The position numbers and the translations under genes are program-made. The notes beneath the pieces are model-generated. The model saw only the letters and a program-made list of their open reading frames with translations, had not been told where the DNA came from and made no database searches. Below, one piece after another: positions 26,827 to 35,215 of a DNA stretch of 41,437 nt; position 1 is the stretch's first letter, and every line of letters begins with the position of its first letter. This stretch comes from Bacillota bacterium (GTDB lineage Bacteria; Bacillota; Limnochordia; DTU087). Location of the stretch: positions 1 through 41,437 of the forward strand of contig JAAYGR010000170.1 in NCBI GenBank assembly GCA_012727675.1, in the 5' to 3' direction.

Positions 26827-27624
26827 GTGAATGAGACTCTGAAAACCATTGAACGGCGCACATCTCTACGCCGCTATAAAGATGTTGCCATCAAGGAAGA
26901 AGATCTGGAACTGTTGCTGTATGCCGCCCAACGGGCACCAACTGCTGGGAACATGATGCTTTACTCTATTCTGCTCATCCGGGATCAGCATACTAAGGAT
27001 GTGCTCAGCAAGACATGTGATAACCAGCCCTTTATTGCGAAAGCTCCGCTGGTAATGGTCTTCTTAGCGGATGTACAGCGTTGGTTTGACTATTATCGGG
27101 TCTCCGAGGTGAAAGAGTTTTGCCTTCGGACAGGTCTGGAGTTCAGGGGGCCTAATCTTGGGGATTTATTCATATCGGTTAGCGATGCCCTGATTGCAGC
27201 ACAGAATGTTGTGATTGCTGCTGAGAGCCTGGGAATTGGTTCTTGTTACATAGGAGATATCATGGAAAACTATGAGACCCATCGTGAGCTTCTAGATCTA
27301 CCGGAATATGTCTTTCCGATAGCCATGCTGTGTCTAGGTTACTATCCTGATGATTACAAACCGATCGTGCGCCACCGCTTTGAACACCAGTACTTTGTGT
27401 TTGAAGAGAAGTACCATCGGCTCAATGAAGAAGAGCTTACAGCTATGTTTGCACAGCTAGAGGCCTCGATCCCTCAGCCCAACAAATATGGAGCGGAAAA
27501 TGCGGCTCAGTATACCTTCGCCCGCAAGACGGGGGCGGCCTTCTCCTGCGAGATGGACCGCTCAATCCGGAAGGCAATGGAGAATTGGCAGGGTGGTAAT
27601 CCACTGGTTGACCAACACGTTTGA
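26827..27624 (+). CDS. Nitroreductase family protein (long, NfsA/Frp-like, 265 aa)
   Basis: SD AAGGTGGAG lies before GTG 26827. Motifs are RTSLRRY and APTAGNMM, and the core segment is LGIGSCYIGD. Confidence 0.8.
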   Translation: MNETLKTIERRTSLRRYKDVAIKEEDLELLLYAAQRAPTAGNMMLYSILLIRDQHTKDVLSKTCDNQPFIAKAPLVMVFLADVQRWFDYYRVSEVKEFCLRTGLEFRGPNLGDLFISVSDALIAAQNVVIAAESLGIGSCYIGDIMENYETHRELLDLPEYVFPIAMLCLGYYPDDYKPIVRHRFEHQYFVFEEKYHRLNEEELTAMFAQLEASIPQPNKYGAENAAQYTFARKTGAAFSCEMDRSIRKAMENWQGGNPLVDQHV

Positions 27625-27640
27625 CGTAGAATTCTAGGCA

Positions 27641-28795
27641 CTACAGTGTCCTGGCCAGCTCCTTGGTCAAGGCGCTATGGTCTGATACCACACGGTTTTT
27701 CCCACCGGCCTTGGCTAAATAAAGGAGCTCGTCTGCCCGGCGGAGGAATGATTCACAGCTCTCGCCATATTCAGCAACCGCTACGCCGAAGCTGGCAGTT
27801 ACCCCTGAACCGTGGCGATAACACTGATTGGCCAGGTGCTGCCGCAGCTCCTCCGCCGTTTTCGCTGCCCGGTCTAGATCATAACCGGGCAGAAACACAA
27901 CAAACTCCTCGCCGCCCCACCGTGCCAGCGTCGCTTCCGGCGGCATAGCTTCCTTCAGATGATTCGCTAAAGCTACCAGGACAGAGTCGCCGTATTGATG
28001 TCCCCACTGGTCGTTAATCTGCTTGAAATCATCTAGGTCTATCATTATTAGGGCCAGATCCTGGCTTAGGTAGGCGGGGCTTGCCATCTTTTCCCTCAGC
28101 CGCCGGTCGAAGCCGTTTCGGTTATGCAGACCAGTTAGTCCATCGGTTTCCGACATCTTGGCAAGGGCCTGGAGAGCGGCGTATGTAGAACGTTTGTATG
28201 AGTTCATTCTATGGGAGGAGACTGCTGCAAGCCCGATTGACAATGTAACGAAGTAGACGGCGGCAGAGAAATGGCTGGGATCGAGGGGATTGAGGTGGTA
28301 GACTGCCATACCTAGGAAGATGACTCCAGTATATATGGAAGCAAAGACGATGTAGGGCCACCGGTTTGGAACTAGGGCAAAGGACCAAATGAGCAAAGAA
28401 GCCCAAAAGGTATGGATTCGAAAGTCAGGAGCTGGATAGCTCATCAGGATCATGACAAAGCCGGTGCTGGCTATCATCTCGCACGCGGTTAGCAGCCAGG
28501 GGTACATTTGATAGTTTGTTTCACTGCCAGTTACCAGGTAGAGAGCGAGGATAAAGGAAGCGACAGTAAGTCGAATGAGCACGATCCATCCAAAAACCCA
28601 TGTATCCCTAATCAGGAACCAATCCGGAACTGCAAAGAGCAGATACACCAAAGCCAAAATCAGCATTAACGGCCGCACAAATTTGGCGGACTCCGTCAGC
28701 TCATACCGCAGAAAGGAAAGCTCGGAGTGCTTGTCCGCAAATTCAGCAAGCTTTGAGATCCTTAGTTGAGAACCGGCTGGCGATGTAGCTACCAT
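27641..28795 (-). CDS. Diguanylate cyclase (GGDEF) with an N-terminal ~190-aa multi-TM sensor region
   Basis: Motifs are DGLTGLHNRNGF and RWGGEEFVVFL. A candidate inhibitory site RRAD sits in RRADELLYLAKAGG. ATG 28795 has better SD spacing than GTG 28804. Confidence 0.9.
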   Translation of the reverse strand: MVATSPAGSQLRISKLAEFADKHSELSFLRYELTESAKFVRPLMLILALVYLLFAVPDWFLIRDTWVFGWIVLIRLTVASFILALYLVTGSETNYQMYPWLLTACEMIASTGFVMILMSYPAPDFRIHTFWASLLIWSFALVPNRWPYIVFASIYTGVIFLGMAVYHLNPLDPSHFSAAVYFVTLSIGLAAVSSHRMNSYKRSTYAALQALAKMSETDGLTGLHNRNGFDRRLREKMASPAYLSQDLALIMIDLDDFKQINDQWGHQYGDSVLVALANHLKEAMPPEATLARWGGEEFVVFLPGYDLDRAAKTAEELRQHLANQCYRHGSGVTASFGVAVAEYGESCESFLRRADELLYLAKAGGKNRVVSDHSALTKELARTL

Positions 28796-29009
28796 GCAGA
28801 TCACCCCGCCTACTTATACTTCCATTATATTCTAAAGAGTTACATTAGTCTATGGCCCATGTTGTTTCCCCCTTATCCTTTGGGGTTGGGGGATTCAGAA
28901 GACCAAGTATTTCCTTGAATGCAAGCTGTCTAGGAACCTTGGACCTCAGAACCAGCTTGAAACAGCACCTCCCGTCCTGTTTTCGCAAGTATCAAAGTTT
29001 ACCTACCCG

Positions 29010-29018
29010 TGCTATAAT
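29010..29018 (+). promoter_or_regulatory. Extended -10 promoter element (TGcTATAAT) upstream of the secreted-protein gene
   Basis: TGCTATAAT lies about 82 nt upstream of ATG 29100. The -35 element is weak. Confidence 0.4.
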
Positions 29019-29099
29019 TAAGACAAATTCCCCGCATAACTAGTCTCGGCTGGTTTACCCGGACTATCATTAAGGCGGGGATAGAAACGGGGTGGCCTA

Positions 29100-30164
29100 A
29101 TGGCACTTACCAAGTGTAAAACAGGGTTTTGGCTTGTATTTCTGTTGTTGGCGATGATTTTAATGCCCATCAGCTGGGCAGGCGCGACAGCACCCTATTC
29201 GGAGGAGATGATACCGATTTTTCCGGGATCATGGGATGATCCTGAGGCAGAGACTCAGTGGGAAGAGCAGCACGGGTTCGGTGGTGTTTTCATATGGGTT
29301 GAGGGTGTTCAACTACCACTGGAAGCAGAGTCCCATGCCTTTTATACCGTTGACGCGCCATTGGAGGAGGTAGCTAAATACTATGTTATGGAGTTAGGTG
29401 CTATCGAGTCATACGACACGGATCCTAACCTAACGGCTTTGGCCGAAGGCCGCAGTACGCCGATCTACGTAGAGTACACGGTTTACGACTGGCAATTTAA
29501 CGATTCCTATGATTACGAAGGAAAGCTGCTGCGTTCTGGAGCTAAGGTGCGTGAAGCCTTGAGAGCCAATCGGGCACCCCATTCATCAGGAGGTTGGCTG
29601 TCGAGGGTGCTGTTCAGCTGGTTCTACAGGGACTGGGATGGCAGCATAATCTTGTTTGAAATCGCTTGTGAAGATGGATCCTTTGACCAAGATTATTCAG
29701 AGTTTCAAGGCACCAAGACCCTCATAGAGGTACATCGTTATACGTACATGTCAGAGGAAGCAGCCTGGGAGATGGAAGAAGAAGCCATGGACCTAGAAGT
29801 TGCAGAATTAGCGGCCCAAATGGCTCTATCGCCCCCAACGGAGGAGAGCCTCGGTATCCCAATTTATCCTGGTTCTGAATTCCAACCGGATATATCTGCC
29901 GGCATATCTTTCGGTGGGACACCGTTGTACGTCTTTTTTGCCCTCGAGACACCAGAGGAAATCGTCAAATGGTATGAGAAAGAAACAGGCATGAAAAGTG
30001 AATCCTGGGATGTGGACTGTTACTACATTCCAATATCGGGGCAGATGCCGTTCCCAGATAAGGGCGTGACGGTACAGCCCAATCTGGCCTTTGGGGGACC
30101 GTGGAAGAGCATGATCACCCTAGTTGGAGCAGAGGGCTACTATGATGGCTCGAGCGAATGGTAG
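29100..30164 (+). CDS. Secreted hypothetical protein with an internal two-module duplication
   Basis: Signal peptide MALTKCKTGFWLVFLLLAMILMPISWAGA. The paired motifs are IPIFPGS...PLEEVAKYY and IPIYPGS...TPEEIVKWY. SD GGGGTGG is present. Confidence 0.75.
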   Translation: MALTKCKTGFWLVFLLLAMILMPISWAGATAPYSEEMIPIFPGSWDDPEAETQWEEQHGFGGVFIWVEGVQLPLEAESHAFYTVDAPLEEVAKYYVMELGAIESYDTDPNLTALAEGRSTPIYVEYTVYDWQFNDSYDYEGKLLRSGAKVREALRANRAPHSSGGWLSRVLFSWFYRDWDGSIILFEIACEDGSFDQDYSEFQGTKTLIEVHRYTYMSEEAAWEMEEEAMDLEVAELAAQMALSPPTEESLGIPIYPGSEFQPDISAGISFGGTPLYVFFALETPEEIVKWYEKETGMKSESWDVDCYYIPISGQMPFPDKGVTVQPNLAFGGPWKSMITLVGAEGYYDGSSEW

Positions 30165-30252
30165 AGGGGAGCTTTAGCCAATCGGGGCAGTATTTGCTGT
30201 ATCCCTTATGTATATGTTATCCTGGGGTCAGTCTGGATGTGGAGGAATACAT

Positions 30253-31542
30253 ATGGGACAATACGCGGTTATTGACGTTGAAACTACCGGACTTTCCCCG
30301 GCACAGAACCACCGGATATTGGAGGTAGCGGTGGTCCTAGCTGATGATAACGGCAATCTGGTGGATGAGTGGGAGACCTTGGTCAATCCTCTTCGAGAGG
30401 TGGGTGCTGCCGAGATCCACGGTCTCACTGCGGCAGATGTCTACGCGGCCCCCACCTTCGATGAGATCTTGCCCGAATTGGTGTCGTTGTTAAGCGGGCG
30501 GATGCTGGTTGCCCACAACCTGGCTTTCGATGCCCGGTTTTTGGCTGCAGAGTTTGCCCGGGCCGGTCATGCCGTTGAGCTCGATGGCAGTGCGGGACTC
30601 TGCACCATGAGGGTGGCGGAGTATTATCTTCCCAGTCGCGCCAGATCGTTGGAGGCGTGCTGTGAGTGTATCGGTTATAGTATAGATTCAGCCCACACTG
30701 CTCTGGAAGATGCCCGTGCAACGGCGAAGCTTTTGGCTTATTATATCAGCCAGGAAGATGACTTCCTCGGCTGTTGGATTGATGCTGCTCAAGCGGCAAA
30801 AAGGATTGTATGGCCGAAGGTCCCATCGACAGCCGTTAAGCCATGGCCCAGGAAGCTGGCAGCTTTGAAAGCAAAGGAGCATTTTTTGCAGCGGCTGCCC
30901 TCGAGAGCTCCGCGGCGTGGGCTTCACCCCGAGGCGGACAAGTACCTGATGGTGTTAGACCGTGTCCTTCTCGATGGGCGGATCAGCTGTCATGAAGCCG
31001 ATGAATTGGTAGAAACAGCTGCAGTGCTGGGTTTATCCAGGGAGGATGCGGCAACTATCCATCAGCAGTATCTAGCTGCACTAGCCCGCCTAGCCCTTGA
31101 AGACGGTCCCATAACTTCTGATGGGCGGGCAGACCTAGTGTCGGTGGCAGAATTACTCGGATTGTCCGCCGACCATGTTGACTCTGCTTTGCAGTCTGTC
31201 TCCCGTCGGAAGGACCATCATGCCTATCCAATCCGGCGCTTTACACTACAGCCTGGCGATAGGGTAGTCTTCACCGGCGAAGCTCCCGGCATGAGCCGTT
31301 CTGAGTTGGAGTATGAGGCGCGGATGCGGGGACTTTGGGTAACTGGTTCAGTGAGCAAAAAGACGAAACTGGTAGCAGCCGCTGATCCGGACAGTCTCAG
31401 CGGCAAGGCCCGCAGGGCCCGGAGCCTTGGGATTCCGATAGTTGACTATTCGACATTCATACAGATGATGGAACAACTGGAGTCTTGTGAGGAAGGCGGG
31501 TCTCTTGGGGACACTTCCTATGGAAATCCGTATCGATACTAG
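30253..31542 (+). CDS. DEDDh (DnaQ/epsilon-like) 3'-5' exonuclease, then two helical LGLS repeats, then a C-terminal BRCT domain
   Basis: SD GGAGG lies 7 nt before ATG 30253. ExoI is AVIDVETTGL, ExoII LVAHNLAFDARFL and ExoIII HTALEDARATAKLL. The BRCT-like region is FTLQPGDRVVFTG...SVSKKTKLVAAAD...KARRARSLGIPIV. Confidence 0.85.
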   Translation: MGQYAVIDVETTGLSPAQNHRILEVAVVLADDNGNLVDEWETLVNPLREVGAAEIHGLTAADVYAAPTFDEILPELVSLLSGRMLVAHNLAFDARFLAAEFARAGHAVELDGSAGLCTMRVAEYYLPSRARSLEACCECIGYSIDSAHTALEDARATAKLLAYYISQEDDFLGCWIDAAQAAKRIVWPKVPSTAVKPWPRKLAALKAKEHFLQRLPSRAPRRGLHPEADKYLMVLDRVLLDGRISCHEADELVETAAVLGLSREDAATIHQQYLAALARLALEDGPITSDGRADLVSVAELLGLSADHVDSALQSVSRRKDHHAYPIRRFTLQPGDRVVFTGEAPGMSRSELEYEARMRGLWVTGSVSKKTKLVAAADPDSLSGKARRARSLGIPIVDYSTFIQMMEQLESCEEGGSLGDTSYGNPYRY

Positions 31543-31592
31543 GCCATCTGAACTCGTAAGATGCTGACGGGGTTGGTGAATGGTGCCTGAGG

Positions 31593-31621
31593 TTGTTTCC
31601 GCAATACCTTTGTGGTACAAT
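31593..31621 (+). promoter_or_regulatory. Promoter for tRNA-Arg
   Basis: TTGTTT (31593-31598), a 17-nt spacer, then TACAAT (31616-31621) with an upstream TGg (extended -10). It lies 21 nt before the tRNA 5' end. Confidence 0.55.
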
Positions 31622-31642
31622 ATCAGGGACCAAGAAAACCAG

Positions 31643-31719
31643 CCGCCCGTAGCTCAGCTGGATAGAGTGTCTGACTTCGAATCAGAAGGCCGTAGGTTCG
31701 AGTCCTACCGGGCGGGCCA
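31643..31719 (+). tRNA. tRNA-Arg (anticodon TCG), 77 nt, with CCA encoded
   Basis: The cloverleaf folds by hand. The acceptor stem is CCGCCCG/CGGGCGG, the D arm GCTC-AGCTGGATA-GAGT and the anticodon arm TCTGA-CTTCGAA-TCAGA (TCG at 31677-31679). The variable loop is AGGCC, the T arm is GTAGG-TTCGAGT-CCTAC, the discriminator is G, and CCA follows. Confidence 0.9.
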
Positions 31720-31724
31720 TATAT

Positions 31725-31758
31725 AAAGCCCCATTGCCGTAAGGTTTTGGGGCTTTTT
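31725..31758 (+). terminator. Rho-independent terminator after the tRNA
   Basis: A 9-bp stem AAAGCCCCA/TGGGGCTTT running into TTTTT. Confidence 0.75.
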
Positions 31759-31833
31759 GCTTCTCTGAAGGGAGCTGTGCAGATAGTGGCAGGAAGGGGG
31801 CTTATGACAGCCGGAATGACAGCTGGTGGTTGA

Positions 31834-32319
31834 TTACTTCCCATTTTCCTGTGCAAAACTCCGGGCAAAGTCTTCAATGGCAGCGTGACGTATCTCGTTT
31901 TCGTTTCGGTGTTTGCCCAACAGCCTCATAATAATTCTTTCAAAGAAGTTCAGCTGCTCCATTTCGTATTGGTATCCAAAATAGGCCTTAACACGGGCAG
32001 TCTGTACCAGCTGCTTAGGGAATCCAGTTTCCAGCTGCTCCATGGCCTTCTCCGGCAGCCCACAGCAAACAAAAAGGCCGATCTTTTTCTCCTTTAGCTT
32101 ATCGAGGTTGGCGGTGCAGAATTTTGCGACAGCCTTATTGATTTTTCCTGCGTAGACAGGTGTTCCAATCAGGACTGCATTATAGTCCTCCAAGGATACA
32201 GATACTGGGTAATTCTGAGATAGGTCTATTACATCTGCATTTTCCAGTTTATCCCGGAGCAGGTAAGCGCATTTAGCTGTGCAGCCGTACTTACTGCCGT
32301 AGAGGATTAATGTTCTCAA
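31834..32319 (-). CDS. Flavodoxin-domain protein (short-chain, Flavodoxin_5/HemG-like size)
   Basis: The N-terminal FMN-phosphate loop is MRTLILYGSKYGCT. The protein is 161 aa, with a central IGTPVY motif. Confidence 0.7.
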   Translation of the reverse strand: MRTLILYGSKYGCTAKCAYLLRDKLENADVIDLSQNYPVSVSLEDYNAVLIGTPVYAGKINKAVAKFCTANLDKLKEKKIGLFVCCGLPEKAMEQLETGFPKQLVQTARVKAYFGYQYEMEQLNFFERIIMRLLGKHRNENEIRHAAIEDFARSFAQENGK

Positions 32320-32561
32320 TAGCTACACCCCCAAACTCGGTTATTATAGATATGATGTTAGCGGTAGATATATTGTGTCAGCAGTGTCAGTATAATCCAG
32401 CGGCGAAGGAGGATCAAGGGAACCGATAGATTACCCGGTGAAAATGGAGCTGAGTACCGTGGATAAACCGCCCAGAGCAGTTATGGCTGTGGGAGGGAGG
32501 GTACTGGCAAAGGGCGCCGAAAAGGGGAATTGACAGCTAATTGCAGAGGGGAGACTGGACA

Positions 32562-33365
32562 ATGGCGAAATTAGGTGTTGTTCATTATAATTTCCCGGGC
32601 GATTTGGAGGCTTTCTTGGACTTTGCTGCCGAAGCTGGATTCGAGTATACGGAACTGTTGGCTGAAGATGTTTGGAAGAAGGAGCAGAGCTATGAAGAGG
32701 CGGTGGCTTCTGCCCGAAGGGTCCGCGCTTTGCTGGATCAACGTGGGATCAAGGTTTCTGCCCTCGCCGCGCAAAATGATTTCTTGGTTACCAGCCAGGA
32801 AGATATGGAGTTTCAGGTAGAACGCCTAAAGCAGGTTTGTCGGCTAGCAGATGTTCTCGGTACAAGGCTGCTGCGGGTAGATGGAGGCTGGCCGAAAGAG
32901 GGTGTGCCTAAAGAACGGTGGGTAGAGCTTATGGTGGAAGGGTTTGGCCGCTGCCGGGATTTTGTCGAGAAGGAAGATTTCAAGTTTGCTCTAGATAATC
33001 ACGGCTTAGTGACCAACGATGCTGATCTTCAGATCGAGTTGCTGGAAGCTGTAGGCAGCAAGAACATAGGTGCCAATCTGGATACCATGAACTACCGCTG
33101 GGCGGGACATCCTTTGGAAAAGGTAAATGAATTCTACGAGAAGATTGCACCTTGGGTGCTGCATGTCCATATGAAGGATGGCCAAAACAGCTTAGCTGAC
33201 TATGAAGGGACGGCTTTGGGTGAAGGTGAATTAGACCTGCACTGGGCCGTTGAGTGCTTGAAAAGAGTAGACTATCAAGGCGTGTGGTGCGTAGAATACG
33301 AAGGAAAAACTGATCATGCTGAAGGTTTCCGCAAAGGTTTGGAGTGGTTGAAGAGCAATTTATAG
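32562..33365 (+). CDS. Xylose-isomerase-like TIM-barrel protein (sugar phosphate isomerase/epimerase, AP_endonuc_2 fold family)
   Basis: SD GAGGGGAG lies before ATG 32562. The pattern AGFEYTEL...LRVDGG...ALDNHG...HVHMKDG...EGELD fits this fold's metal-ligand layout. Confidence 0.7.
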   Translation: MAKLGVVHYNFPGDLEAFLDFAAEAGFEYTELLAEDVWKKEQSYEEAVASARRVRALLDQRGIKVSALAAQNDFLVTSQEDMEFQVERLKQVCRLADVLGTRLLRVDGGWPKEGVPKERWVELMVEGFGRCRDFVEKEDFKFALDNHGLVTNDADLQIELLEAVGSKNIGANLDTMNYRWAGHPLEKVNEFYEKIAPWVLHVHMKDGQNSLADYEGTALGEGELDLHWAVECLKRVDYQGVWCVEYEGKTDHAEGFRKGLEWLKSNL

Positions 33366-33407
33366 CTCAAAACTCCTGGCGGGTATCATTAGCCAAGAGG
33401 TGATGAA

Positions 33408-34631
33408 ATGTTTGTATTAAAGGCCGTAGCCAATAAACCCATCAAGATCTGGCTGGAGGATCCATCTCAGGTTGAAGTAAGCTGCATGGAGCAAGCAGTT
33501 AACTTGGCAAATCTGCCCTGTACTTTTCATCATGTAGTTCTCTTGCCGGATTGCCATACTGGCTACGGAATGCCTATTGGGGGTGTCTTGGCAGCAGAGG
33601 ATGCCATCATTCCCAATGCAGTGGGCAATGACATTGGCTGTGGTGTATCCTTTGTCCACGTTGATCTGCCTGCAGACTTGCTAAATGAAGTAAAGGTTGA
33701 TAACGGCACACTAGCCCAGAAGATCGTCGGAGACATTATGAGAAGCATTCCCACTGGGTTTGCCCATCAAAAGACACCGCAGCCGTCTTCCACCTTAGAT
33801 AAGTTCGAACCGCCGGCTTTACTAATGCCCCAACTGGAGAAGGAACTTGAGAGAGCCTACTTCCAATTAGGCACCTTAGGAAGCGGCAACCATTTTATAG
33901 AGCTGCAGGCCGATGACGACGGTAAACTGGGGCTTATGGTACATTCAGGTTCCCGTAATTTGGGACTGCAAATCTGTCGGGCTTTCAATAAACGGGCTCA
34001 GGCCCTTAATGCTAAGCTTTCTGCTCCAGTACCCCCGGAGTGGCAGCTGGCATATCTGCCCACAGACACCCCCGAGGGACGGGCATATATCGCCTGGATG
34101 AATATGGCTCTGGCTTTTGCCAAGGAGAATCGGGCCCTGATGATGCGGCGGGTGAAGGAAGTTGTCTTTGAGAATCTGTCCAAACATGCGGGTGTTGATG
34201 ATACACGGATAGATCTAGAAGTTGATGCCCATCACAACTATGCTGCCTTGGAGAATCATTTCGGTAAGGATGTATGGGTCCACCGCAAAGGCGCCATTCG
34301 GGCGGGTAGGGATGAATACGGTATCATTCCAGGTGCCATGGGATCCTTTAGCTATATAGTGAAGGGAAAGGGTAATCCCGAATCATTCTTCAGCTGCTCC
34401 CACGGTGCCGGCCGGGTAATGAGCAGAAATGAAGCTGTTAAGCAGTTTAGCGTACAGGAAGTCATTGAGGATCTCAAGTCGCAAAATGTCGTCCTAGGCA
34501 AGCGGAAGCGTTCCGATGTGGCGGAGGAGTCTAGGTGGGCGTATAAGGATATCAATGAAGTGCTGAATTATCAGAGGGATCTCGTCGATCCAGTACTGAG
34601 ATTGCGGACGGTTGCGGTGGTGAAGGGATAA
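33408..34631 (+). CDS. rtcB: RtcB family RNA 3'-phosphate ligase
   Basis: Motifs are PDCHTGYGMPIGGV, GNDIGCGV, GSGNHFIE, HSGSRNLG, HRKGA and SCSHGAGR (the GMP-accepting His). The protein is 407 aa and starts 42 nt downstream of the TIM-barrel gene. Confidence 0.9.
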   Translation: MFVLKAVANKPIKIWLEDPSQVEVSCMEQAVNLANLPCTFHHVVLLPDCHTGYGMPIGGVLAAEDAIIPNAVGNDIGCGVSFVHVDLPADLLNEVKVDNGTLAQKIVGDIMRSIPTGFAHQKTPQPSSTLDKFEPPALLMPQLEKELERAYFQLGTLGSGNHFIELQADDDGKLGLMVHSGSRNLGLQICRAFNKRAQALNAKLSAPVPPEWQLAYLPTDTPEGRAYIAWMNMALAFAKENRALMMRRVKEVVFENLSKHAGVDDTRIDLEVDAHHNYAALENHFGKDVWVHRKGAIRAGRDEYGIIPGAMGSFSYIVKGKGNPESFFSCSHGAGRVMSRNEAVKQFSVQEVIEDLKSQNVVLGKRKRSDVAEESRWAYKDINEVLNYQRDLVDPVLRLRTVAVVKG

Positions 34632-34653
34632 TAAATGGGTGGGTAAGTCGACA

Positions 34654-34689
34654 AGGGGTACTGGGGCTGTTAAGGTCCCCAGCACCCCT
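34654..34689. terminator. Long GC-rich hairpin between the convergent rtcB and DJ-1 genes; probable terminator
   Basis: AGGGGTaCTGGGG-ctgttaaggt-CCCCAGcACCCCT, 12 bp with one internal mismatch. A weak T-rich tail follows on the plus strand only. Confidence 0.5.
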
Positions 34690-34696
34690 TTGCTGC

Positions 34697-35215
34697 TTAC
34701 AGGCTCAATCCGGCTAGAACCGCCTTCATAAAGGGTACAAGATCCCTTGGGGTTCGGGAGGTAATGAGATTTCCGTCAACTATCACTTCCGCATCGCTCC
34801 AGTCGGCGCCGGCATGGATGAGGTCATCCTTGATGGCATCATAGGAGGTAACCTTCCTGCCCCGCACAATATCCGCCGAAACAAGGAGTGATGGGCCGTG
34901 GCAAATTGCAGCTACAACTCCCCCCTGCTCATTGGTTTTCCGGACCAATTCCACCATCTCAGGATATCTCCTGAGCCGATCCGGTGCCCAACCGCCTGGA
35001 ATGATTACAGCGTCCCAATCCTGCTTATTGGCATCTACCATGCAGATGCAGGACTTGATGGGGTAGCCGTGTTTGCTGAGGTATTCCTGATTAGCTTCCG
35101 GTCCAACGACACTGACACTGCAACCGGCTTCAAGCAGCCGTAAATATGGATACCAAAGTTCCTGGTCCTCGTATTCCCGTTCTACCAATACAGCAACCCG
35201 CTTCTCGCTAGCCAT
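34697..35215 (-). CDS. DJ-1/PfpI family protein (type 1 glutamine-amidotransferase-like, protease I class)
   Basis: The nucleophile elbow is AAICHGP, preceded by IIPGGWAP. The protein is 172 aa, with SD AAAGGGGG upstream. Confidence 0.85.
   Translation of the reverse strand: MASEKRVAVLVEREYEDQELWYPYLRLLEAGCSVSVVGPEANQEYLSKHGYPIKSCICMVDANKQDWDAVIIPGGWAPDRLRRYPEMVELVRKTNEQGGVVAAICHGPSLLVSADIVRGRKVTSYDAIKDDLIHAGADWSDAEVIVDGNLITSRTPRDLVPFMKAVLAGLSL

Noticed and set aside
28852-29043. A 63-aa plus-strand ORF in the intergenic region between the GGDEF cyclase and secreted-protein genes.
   Set aside because: It has no SD, and it spans the predicted promoter of the downstream gene. Its composition is not protein-like.
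27641-31719. The idea that the cyclase, secreted-protein and exonuclease genes form a genomic island integrated at the tRNA-Arg.
   Set aside because: There is no integrase, recombinase or mobility gene. I saw no direct repeat of the tRNA 3' end and no obvious compositional break.
31623-31877. An 84-aa minus-strand ORF.
   Set aside because: It is the reverse complement of tRNA-Arg, its terminator and the flavodoxin 3' region. The tRNA explains the sequence.
32400-32545. Cobalamin-riboswitch-like words (AAGGGAA, GGTGAAAAT) and a ydaO-like GACAGCTAA word.
   Set aside because: The flanking pairing that defines those motifs is absent. There is no GGTGAAAATCC stem partner, no GCCACTG B12 box and no ACCCG..CAGCTAACC context. 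The downstream genes are not B12 or c-di-AMP related.
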